Assembly: GCA_030704615.1 (NCBI GenBank)
Contig: CM060734.1
Coordinates: 744,001-808,000, forward strand
Source of the DNA: Takakia lepidozioides
Lineage: Eukaryota; Plantae; Bryophyta
Direction of reading: 5' to 3'
DNA: 64,000 bases
Positions 37,259-47,322 of this stretch are shown piece by piece. The position numbers were made by a program, and so were the translations under genes. Numbering within the stretch: position 1 is the stretch's first letter; each line of letters opens with the position of its first letter. The notes under the pieces are model-generated. The model was not told the DNA's origin. It searched no databases and was given only the letters and a program-made list of their open reading frames with translations.

Positions 37259-40200
37259 ATGGGGTCTGTCATGTTTCAGAACGCCATCCAGCCTACCCTT
37301 GAATGGTGCAGTGAGTTCAAGGCACCGGGTTATAAAAATTCACTGCCCCCTCCCATACCTGTACAAGCCACTCTGGCACAGGTTACAATGGTGGACTTTC
37401 ATACATTGGTACAGAGGCTGGTTGGGGATACCATCAATGAAACCAAGACAAGGGTGAGCAACCTACCTTACTGCTGGATACTTTGGCGCCTTTGGAGGAT
37501 TGGATGATTCTTGCTTTATGTGCTTACCACAAGGTGAACTACCTGGAAAGAATAAAAGATTATCATACAGATATGATTGAAACCTTATTCAAAGACCAGG
37601 AGGAGGAAGAAAGCTGGAAAAAATTGTCTCAGGATATTGAAGCTGCTCTGAGAGAAGCTAATCCAGATGACGAAATGACTAGCGTGTCCCAAGTTTCTTC
37701 CAGTTGTGGCAGACAAGATGAATGTGTTCTCTCTGACCCTAAAGTGTCTTTCCTCGCGAGAGAAGAATTGGATGATGCAGATGCGAGTGCTCTTGGAGCA
37801 GTCACAGATTGCACAAAATGCGATTACTGGAGCAACACCTGGTTCCCAACCATTTGTACCAGGACATCCTCCAAGAGCAGTGAAGCTGGACTTGGCAATT
37901 TTCTGGCCTCTGCCTTTTAGCAGGTGGCTTGGGTAGAGTTTCAGTAAAATTGCTAGGCTTGATCAGTTTTACAATGTACCTGGCTCCCTTAGCATCCCCC
38001 AACTGTGCTAAGAGTGTAGTCTGGGGGTTGTTAGTGAATTCCTTAATGGCCCTCATCATGAGATCCCTGGAAAACTGAAAAGTCACTTGAGCCATGATTG
38101 CAACCACCCTGAGCAGCCAGACCATGAAGCTTTTAAACTTACTGGCCACTGTAGGATATTGGTGGTCAAGAAAGAACACATTCAGATGGTTAAGCATATA
38201 CCATACTATGTGATCAAACCAAGCAACACTACCTGTACATCCACTCTTGGCATTAGGGTTGCAATTGCAACGAAAGTATGGCCTGTGCCAGTTGAAAAGC
38301 TGACTTTTATGGTTTCTGGACCTATAGTGCTGGAGTAGGCATGTCATTTTTGGTCCTGGTTGTAACGTTATCAACATTTTCACAGAGCTTGTAGTGGAAA
38401 GTACGAAGAGGCCAGACAATTGCAATACTTTACTTTCTAATGTGTTGGATCCCTAAATGAGCATCCTCTTTACATTGTTTGTATTCGAGGCATCAGTAAG
38501 GTTGCCCCACTTACTCCACATCTGCTTGGAGATTGGTGCCACAAGATTGATGTTAGACAGCGGGTGCCACATCATATGGTCCTTTTGGGGTAATAATGCA
38601 TCTCGCAATCCAAACGGAGGAGCTAGAGGCCGGGGAACTCCAAGAGGCAGAGGAAGAGGTGGTCTCAGAGGAAGAGGAAACAGTTCATATATCAGTCATG
38701 GCCAGCAAGTTTTGAGGACCCCCTCCAACCACTCAGATATGTCTGCAACAACAATCAATTTTGGAAGTATTGCTTCCAACCGGTTGTTCTCACGAGATAC
38801 AGATGCTTCACCAATCAGAAAAAAAGGACTTTGCCCAATGGTGAGAAAAATCCTAACCTGCTGCTGGTTTGTGGTATGGATGGCTGCATGCAGATGGGAT
38901 AAATGAGCCATCTCCTAAAAAAATGCGAGCAATTGAGGCACATTCACATGGCAGAAAGTTTCTCCAAATCACAGCAGGCCCAGCACCATACGGCTACGTT
39001 CATATGATGTACCCTAATAGAGGCATGAAATGGGTTAATACCGAAAATCTGATCAAAGAAGCCTTTACACAGGCTGGATTGGATGAGCCGTGTGCTAAAT
39101 GTGATGACATTGTCTTCGGCTGGAAATACCACAAGCAGTGTGGGAACAAATATTTACCTACCTGCTAAGTGTTTCGTGATTTTGCCTTCCATACTGACGT
39201 TATCATGACACCCGAATGCTGCTGCCAGAAGTTTCAAAGATTCAGGAACTTCCTAGATGCAGATACGTTCAGCATGAATTCCACTTACATGGAACTGAGA
39301 ACAAGTCACATGTACGTTCTATGGATCTTGAGATTGTCAGACATCCAAAACTGAGAAAATTGATGGGACAAGGTATGAACCATATCCCTGTTCGAAAGAC
39401 GATCTTAAGTGAGGTAGTAGAGGTTGTCACTACTGCCTTTAATTTGACACATGTGACTTGTTCAGAATTGACCCGCAGGAACCATGGAGACAACAGTCTC
39501 TGAGATGGATTAAGAATACATGTTGGACGGTACTAAAGCAGCAAGCTGCTAGGAAACGCACCAGCTTCCGAAGACATGAAGGTAATCCTTTGGCCATTAA
39601 AGAGATCAAGGATGAACTAGCATGGTTACAATCCCATTTCTTCATGTCTGGCCTAGATAAAGCAAATAACAATATATGCTTTATGTGCATAAGACACATC
39701 AGGTTGCAGGCTTTTCAAAGACTGATGGGGAAGGACTTTCTACCTTGTTAACAGGATAGGTATGGTCCCCACCAGACCTGATTGTGAATGAGCTGAGTGT
39801 ACAGATGCAGGAAATACTCCTTGAGATATCTGTGATCTTCTGTAAGTTCCCTTACCTAATGGGTACATACAAGATCCATAAAAAGAAATATAGATGGATT
39901 GCAAATGCCTATAAGAGTATCTTCTGTCCTTTAGCTCAATTAATCACCTCGGCTTCTATGGAGCTTCTACTTCAGGTGAAGATTGGGTCAGGCTCAGAAC
40001 TGATTCATATCAGTTTATGCTAAGAGTGAACACATCTATGTACTGGATAATTGATTTCATTACAAATTTCACTCTTAACTTACCTGAGAAGAAAATATTT
40101 TTGTGGCTGACATTACAAGGTGCTACGAGAATATCCCACTTACAGGTGAGGACAATCTGGGAGAGGCTGTGACGTTCGTGATCAGAATTGCTTTTCAGCA

Positions 40201-41266
40201 ATACCACAGTCAACATAATCGTACCAGACATCAGCTATGGGTGAAGTACATTCCATCCAAAGAGGAGTTTGGGGAAACGAGATGGGGCCCTTCAGCACCT
40301 AAGTCTGGTACCTGGATTGAGCTCCCAGAAAACAGGTTGATTTTTCTACATCTTTGGCTCATGAAAAATTGCTTTACCCTTGGGGACAGTGTGTGGAGAC
40401 AATTTTCAGGAATCCCCATGGGATTCTCGTGCTCCCCTCTCTGGTGCAATATTTATTTGTTGTCCTATGAAATTCAATTCAGTCAAATGCTAGCACGCCT
40501 AGGACGTACAGTTACTGTCTCGGTTCCGAAATGCGTTCCGATACATTGACGATATATGCTGGGTTAATGTGGGACATGCTATGCAATTCTTGAACCCTAC
40601 GGAAAATAGGGATAAAGACAATCCATGGTGGATCTATCCCTTAAAATGTATACCTGGTTCAGATAACATCGGCATTGAGGCAAGCTTTATGAATATCCAG
40701 CTGACTGTTACTAACCCTGCCACAGGTACGTACAGTTACAAATTTTTTGACAAAAGAAGACGTCTTCTGGATTTCAGTATACGCAATACATTCAATGTAA
40801 CTCCAATCGGCCTGTGAAACAGACATACAATGTTGCCTTTTCACAATCTTTGCCAATCCTCTATATTTCCAGCAATAGTTTCTTAGCTCTGGATGAGTTG
40901 AAGACTCTTGGACAGGCCTTGGTGAAGAATGGTTTCAACCAAGGAAAACCTGTGTCTTCATGATCAAGTTTCTCAAGGAAGGATACTTCCCTGGCCTACG
41001 GTATGACATCAGAGAGCTTATTGCTATGCACTAGAAGGTATGCTTTACCTTCTAATGTTTCAAGTTCTTCATGTAGAGAGAATGTAGGACAATTTGAGCA
41101 TGGATATCCTGCTCTAATTACATAGTAGAAAAGAGAGTTGTGTTTTCAGGAGATGAGTATGGTATGCGCGCCCTTTCGGGGTGAGTGCATACCACACTCA
41201 CCCTGCACAAGGGACTGCCGTACCAGGGGATATGGTGCCGGGGTCTCTCTCTCTCTCTATCTCTCC
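37259..41266 (+). mobile_element. Penelope-like retroelement of Naiad/Chlamys type, decayed
   Basis: CxC linker (ECCCQ, ~39217) then HVRSMDLEIVRHPKLRKLMGQG. GLDKANNNICFMC, ADITRCYENIP, WRQFSGIPMGFSCSP (40409), FRYIDD (YIDD at 40542), FDKRR...NSNRP...SQ thumb. ORF ends ~41033 with no C-terminal GIY-YIG. 3' hairpins and (CT)n end. 5' limit uncertain. Confidence 0.85.
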
Positions 41267-41968
41267 CTCCAGATTCTGGGGTTTTTTCATTAAGTTCAAA
41301 AAAACAAAGAAGAACTAGAGATTGCCTAAGTTTAGGCTTAATAGTAGGCTAGATGAAGAACGAATTTTACCAACGGAGCTGATGAAAACTAAGGAAACGT
41401 CTAGAAACTAGGGTTTCCATTACAACCTGGCAAGTCGACACTTTGTAGATGGAGGTGCGATATTGAGGAAGGAGTCGGAGCGCAGGCGGCGATTTACTAA
41501 CTTGTCTTCTTGCTCCCGCCAAGTGCAATTACACTCTAGCATAGAGTAGAAGTATAAACAGCAGATATCGAGCAATGTGGACTATTTCAGGGAATTGCTC
41601 CTTACCCATTCCTCAATTCTGTTGTTCTATGCTGTTGCGATTTTGGTGGAGCAACATGTCTCAGATGCAGCTCCCACAAGCTCTTAAGGTGGAGTCTGTA
41701 CATGCTTTTTCTTGTGATGCTTTGATAGCTTAACTCTAGCATGATGGACATCGATAACAAGTGTGGGCACCTGATTTACCTGGGGTTCCACAGGGATCAC
41801 TAACCTGTTGGTTTGATGGTTGGCTGTGATGGATCCAGGTAAGGGTGCATCACTTCTTATGCTGCCAGTTAAGCGATGGTGCCTTTGTACAAAGGTTGTA
41901 TTGTCTAAACAAAAAGGATCAGAGCTGATCCCTAGTATTTCTTTGTCAAAGACAAGAGAAGTCCGGTC
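41262..41968 (+). repeat. Direct duplication of 34977-37160, lacking the hAT insertion and a ~430-bp block
   Basis: Near-identical from TCCAGATTCTGGGG to GCTGCCAGTTAA, then continues with the 37061-37157 sequence. Both ends bounded by (CT)n. Confidence 0.92.
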
Positions 41969-42894
41969 TCTCTCTCTCTCTCTCTCTCTCTACTAAATCA
42001 CACACAGCAGATTGATGCTTGTAAAGGGATTTCTAGAGGATATCTGGAAAACTCGGATCAATTGTCTGTTTCAAGGCTACAGGCTACGTCATACTACAGG
42101 CGTCAGCCCCTGACAAAGGTAGTTTATGTCCCTATGCGCTTCGCTGAAACTGCTCAATGACCACAAGGCTCTACGGCTAACAACGTCTTAAGAGTACATT
42201 CTCTACTAAAGGCACCCTGCGTGCAGCCCAGAGTGACCGGCGGAAGCCTCCTCTACCCTGCATCCCCAAGCATGTCATTTCTATGGTAAATTCACAGGGC
42301 TATAAATCTAAAATCAATAATTTTGCAACTGGGCTGTCAAGTTTGCATGCGGACAAGTGCCTCTGTGAGCGCCTTAATGGCAATTGTCGGAAAATAAGTT
42401 TATACCTGCAGGGATAAGCTAAACCCTGGCAGGTCGTGTGGTCATTGTACAATTGAAAATAAAGGCATTGGAAGCCCTACCTTCTTTAGGCAGCAAGTTC
42501 ATGTTGCCTTACAGAGGGCACAAACAACATTTGCAGGGAATGGCAAGAGTACATTCTCTACGTGGTACAATTAATATAAACAATCCCCTTATAATCCTGA
42601 AAGCAGAAAGGTTAGTAACAGTGAAGGTCAATCAGTCTGTAGCATCTTGAGTTAGTTCAACCCGGAAGGCATAATTGCCATAGCCTTACAAGCATTGACC
42701 CCGCGGGAAACTAACCCTCCTGGAGCTGGGAGTTGTGCGGGTATATCATGGTACAATCATTTAACTATAACTGGACCCGGCGTTTTTGCTTACCTGCCAT
42801 TAGAATATAACCGGAGGCAATGTTTATTCACAACGACCTTCATCTTTTGCTTAACCTAAGGTTTCCATGATCAATCCGCTTCACGAAGACACTT

Positions 42895-43252
42895 CTAGCG
42901 ACGGAACAAAACCAGCCACTATAAAGCGACTCCCGGGACGTCGCTGCTAAAAAAGCCAATTAAATTAATTATCTTATTTTTATTTTATTTTAATGCGTAG
43001 GTTAAAGAGCGACGGCAGGCGGCGGGTAAAAAGTGACGGCGGGGGTCGCTTTCAAAAAGCGACGAGCGCTGATATCACACTAAGAAGCGATCCCTTGGGG
43101 GTCGCTCTAAAAATCCGACGTTTTTTGCTGTTTTTCTTTCACCTGCACGGTTGTAACTGAAAGCACCTCCCACGGGGTCGCTTGTACAAAGCGACGCATC
43201 TGTCGGGTTTTTCAATTTTTTATTTTATACCCTGCTATGAAAAAGCGACCCC
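42895..43252. repeat. AAAGCGAC/GTCGCT inverted-repeat cluster (DNA-transposon subterminal-like)
   Basis: About 10 copies of AGCGAC in alternating orientation. Confidence 0.7.
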
Positions 43253-43254
43253 CA

Positions 43255-44420
43255 TTCTAAGAATTAAAGTGAATTCAATTATGTGGACTTGATTGATTGA
43301 CTCTACAAAATCAATGAAGAGATGTTTCATGTTTCAAATGAGCAAGATTGAGAGTTATAAAGAAGATGCTATGAAATGAGTGTTTTCAATTGGATTGAAG
43401 TTATAATATGAGGAGTTATTTCATTGGTGTTAGTTTACTGAATACTCATTGGAATCTATTGATTGTGACATAGCTGTTCCTTTGGGTTGTTTGTGTGCTT
43501 TGTAATGTTAATTGGATTCATGAACCTGAGTCTAAAATGTACATTATTCTACATCTTTTTGGCGCCGTTGCCGGGGAAAGGCTAGACAATAAGCTAGGAT
43601 TAGGTCCTAGTGGGTTGAAGGTGATGTTGTCCCGGTGAGAGTTATGGCGTTGTTACAAAAATGGAAGAGGAAAGCACTGTTAGGGGAGTTCCACCAAAGA
43701 TTCGTAGATTGTGTGCTTTTTACAAATTCCAAGGCCACTATCGGACAGAGTGTAGGAAAGATCGGAAAGAAGAAGTTGGTCAGAAGTTATTGGTGAGTCA
43801 ATCGAAACAGGAGGAACCCAAAGTGGGTGTCAAGGAGAAGGAAGAGGTGTAAGTTGAAGGAGGGCTGGCCCGATTCAGAGTTTATGTGGAAGTACGTAGA
43901 AGAAGAGGAGGGGTATAAAGGAGTCTCCAACGAGAGCAGCTCATCAGGCGAAGGCGAGAGCTGACAGGGCTCTCGTGCGGGCTAGAAGGCAGCAGCAGCG
44001 GCTCCAACAATCTAAGCAACCATCTACTTATTCCTTGGCTTCAATATTTAGTACATCTCCCCCGGTAACAACTATGGCTGGAGCACCCATTCCAGCTGCT
44101 CTTCAATCGGTGCCTATAGCTATCAATCTTGGCCAGCCTGATGATAGAATCAGTAGTATTGCCCATATGCCTTCTTTTACTGGTCGACAAGGATTGGATC
44201 CTGATGCTCATTTGGCCCAATTTATCACAGCCTGTATAGCCAATAACGCAATAACAGATGAAAATTGGCGGAAGATTTTTCCTGCTACTTTGCGAGAATT
44301 GGCTTTTCAATGGTATGACCGGCAACCACTTGGAAGCTTTGCTAATTGGAATGCATTGAGAGCTGTTTTTGTGACATAATTTTGCCCATTGGGATTTGCA
44401 GATCGTCTTGCTAGAGGCAA
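43255..44420 (+). mobile_element. Athila-like LTR retrotransposon 5' fragment: LTR 3' end, PBS, truncated gag
   Basis: PBS TGGCGCCGTTGCCGGGGA (tRNA-Asp type) at 43560-43577 after ...CTACA. Gag MPSFTGRQGLDPDAHLAQF...IFPATLRELAFQWY...W.AL.AVF. Confidence 0.85.
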
Positions 44421-45393
44421 ATGCTCAGGGTCCTAGCTTTTAAAGAAAAATGCTTGGTTGAAAAATAAATCGCATAAGTACTGCTCATACTGTGCAAACA
44501 TACCTACATGAGTGTGAAGAAGAACCCAAAGGATTACAAATTGATCACATAAAAACCAGCGGTAAGACAGAACCAAAAGAGCTTCAAGTGCTTCAAGGTC
44601 CTGGAAGAACGCACACAGTACTAACATTCACATCCTTTAAGCAGTAATGAATGAGACAAGTTCTCTGCTCAATCTCTGCAATGCTTACCCAAAAGAGGTG
44701 TCCCGCAACACCTCTTCCATTCTTTGCTGCCCCCCCCAAAGTTCGATGTTGATTGCCCAGCTCCTTCCACGGAGCTACTTCCTTCTCCCTTCCTTGAGAC
44801 ATGCTCCGTTCTCATCGTAACAACCGCCGCGATTAGTTCGCATAAAAGTTCGCGATTAGTTCCCAGAAAAGTTCCCATGGATGTAAAAGTAGAATGAAAC
44901 GTGGGATGAAATTTTATGATATCCCGTTACGTGCTGGCCTGTGCGGCCATTGCGGGGGACCCGCCTCCTGCACTTGGTCTGCCCTCTACCCTCCCCTCTA
45001 CCTCTAGATTCGTCCGATAGTAAACTTGGTACGGGTCTGTGCTGCCCTGTGCGGCCAGGCCCTAAAAGAACCATAGCGTTATCTGTTGAAATTAGCGTGT
45101 GTGTGTTTGCGCAGTGCCGGAGAGCTGCAGACTTGGTCTCGTGTTGGACAAGTTGTTGCGCTTGTTAATCGTCCCGACCCACATTTCCATCTCTCGCTGG
45201 TTCTAGATCAATGCGTACCAGAAGTATGGCTTCATCTGGGTTGAGCTGATTCGAACGGAGCAAGAATGCTGGGCCACGGAATCGGTGATCGATCGGGGGA
45301 ACCGACTACTTTTGATTGGAAGTTGTGAAGCTAGGTCCAAGCTGCATTCAGTCTGCACGGGAGACAGAAGCGTGCCATAAGTTGAACTTAAGA

Positions 45394-47322
45394 ATGCTGG
45401 GGCAGGGAGGACAGGGTGGAATGGTAGTGGTGGAGCCTTGCCCACCTACAGGCAAGCGATTTGCAGCTCTCTCCTCCTTCTTTCACTCTGGCAAGGCCCC
45501 CCATTCGACCGTTCACCTCCGCCGTAGCTGCACTGTGAGCTGTGTGGGTGGTGGTGGTGGTGTTGGAAGATCAAAGGTCATACACTCACCGGGAGAACGC
45601 GGGTCTCCGGAGCTGGAGGAGTCATATGAGGAACAGAGTGTTGAGTCAGATGCAGAAGATACCGATGTCACGGCCTGTGGGGTAAAACCCAGATGGTTAT
45701 CCCGGGTTTCGAAGGTGCATGAAAATCAGAAGGAGGCTGATTTGCCAAGGAAAAGGGACGAGGGGTCGGGCACGAGGCTGGACCAGGATGCCAATCATCC
45801 GACCTCGACAGTCTGTGAGGAGACCACGCAAGCAGCTTCTTCATCATGGCGAGAGGTAAAAGGCTCAGTTTTGCAGTGTCAAGAATTTGTAAATCTTCAA
45901 CCCCCGGAAGTGAGTTCGAAGTTCACAAAGGATGTCGGTGAAGGAGAAAATGCGCCCCAGGGCTCCCTCTTTGAAGGGATGAAATCCAAGGACCAGAGCA
46001 GGACAGATCAGAGAAAAGAAGATGCGGTTCTGGAAGTTCGGGAACAGTGTACCTCACACCGCCAGGAAGGGAAAATTGGCCAAGACCACGACGACATCTC
46101 GATGCCCATTCTGGATAATAAGCTCTTGCGAGTTTCGGGCCAGCAACAGGACACCAGGATACATAGCGATGCTCATGCAAATTTTCAAGGCTTTGAGGAG
46201 CTTGAACAGAATGCAAAAGTCTTCAAGGAGTGGAAGAGTGCAGTGAAGCAGCTGCTCTCCGGGAAAGCCGAGGAACGGGCTATAGCTGCTGCTGAAATAC
46301 GACACCTAGCAAGAGATAATGCCTCAGCTCGCGTCACTCTTGCGATGCTGGGAGCCATCCCTCCTCTAGTTACCATCCTGGATGCCGAGCAGTCCATGTC
46401 TCAGCATTCAGCTCTCCTTGCCCTCCTCAACCTTGCAATTGGTAATGATTTGAACAAAGCCTCCATTGTATTAGCAGGGGCAGTACCTAAGATGGTGGAG
46501 CTAATCAATGGGCCCGACGTGGCAATACAAGAAGCAGTGGTTGCAGCGTTCTTGAGCTTGTCGGCATTGGATCGGAACAAGCCTGTGATTGGTTCATCGG
46601 GGGCAGTGCCAGCCTTGCTGCATATCCTGGAGCATGGGAGTGAGCAGGGGCAGAAAGATGCGTTAAGAGCACTTTATAACTTATCGATCTCCCAAGCAAA
46701 CGTGCGTCCTCTGGTGGAGGCTGGTGCAACACAGCCCCTGTTGATGATGGTGCGGGATCCCAAGACCACAGAGAAAGCTCTGGCAATGCTTGGGAATCTT
46801 ATCGGGGTTGATGCAGGTCGCATTGCCATTGAAGGTGCGCAGGATGCACTTGCGAGTTTGATCAATGTTTTGGGGTGGGCAGATTCACCCAAGTGTCAGG
46901 AACGCGCTGTATACGTGCTCATGGTGATTGGTCACCACAGTTGTGGGCAGAGGCAGGCCATGGTGTGCAAGGGTGCAGTCTCTGCCCTCCTGGAGGTAGC
47001 ATTGCTGGGCAGCACACTTGCACAGAAGCGTGCATCCCGACTCTTGGAGTGTTTACGAGGAGATCGAGAGAAAGGTAGGCCAGTGTCAGCTCCAATATTG
47101 GGTCCTCTGAGCAGCTCATTAGCTTTTCCTGTGGAAACCAACAGTGAGGTTGAAGAAGTTTCAGAAGAGCGGAGAGTTGTGAACCTCATGGTGCAGCAAA
47201 GCCTGGAGCGCAATTTGCAAAGAATGGTCCGTCGTGCCAACATGCCTGCACGAGAGTTCGCCAGGGCTGAGGGAAGGAAGGCACTGACAGGGAGTTTGAG
47301 CTCAAAGAGCCTTCCCTACTGA
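45394..47322 (+). CDS. ARM-repeat (PUB-like, no U-box visible) protein, intronless, ~642 aa
   Basis: ARM repeats (AAAEIRHLAR, GAIPPLV, LALLNLAIGNDLNKASIV.AGAVPKMV, DALRALYNLSI, LLGSTLAQKRASRLLE) and C-terminal SSKSLPY. First in-frame ATG at 45394. Confidence 0.92.
   Translation: MLGQGGQGGMVVVEPCPPTGKRFAALSSFFHSGKAPHSTVHLRRSCTVSCVGGGGGVGRSKVIHSPGERGSPELEESYEEQSVESDAEDTDVTACGVKPRWLSRVSKVHENQKEADLPRKRDEGSGTRLDQDANHPTSTVCEETTQAASSSWREVKGSVLQCQEFVNLQPPEVSSKFTKDVGEGENAPQGSLFEGMKSKDQSRTDQRKEDAVLEVREQCTSHRQEGKIGQDHDDISMPILDNKLLRVSGQQQDTRIHSDAHANFQGFEELEQNAKVFKEWKSAVKQLLSGKAEERAIAAAEIRHLARDNASARVTLAMLGAIPPLVTILDAEQSMSQHSALLALLNLAIGNDLNKASIVLAGAVPKMVELINGPDVAIQEAVVAAFLSLSALDRNKPVIGSSGAVPALLHILEHGSEQGQKDALRALYNLSISQANVRPLVEAGATQPLLMMVRDPKTTEKALAMLGNLIGVDAGRIAIEGAQDALASLINVLGWADSPKCQERAVYVLMVIGHHSCGQRQAMVCKGAVSALLEVALLGSTLAQKRASRLLECLRGDREKGRPVSAPILGPLSSSLAFPVETNSEVEEVSEERRVVNLMVQQSLERNLQRMVRRANMPAREFARAEGRKALTGSLSSKSLPY

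Noticed and set aside
45316-45393. ORF-track start of the ARM gene
   Set aside because: Non-ATG start; the first in-frame ATG is at 45394.
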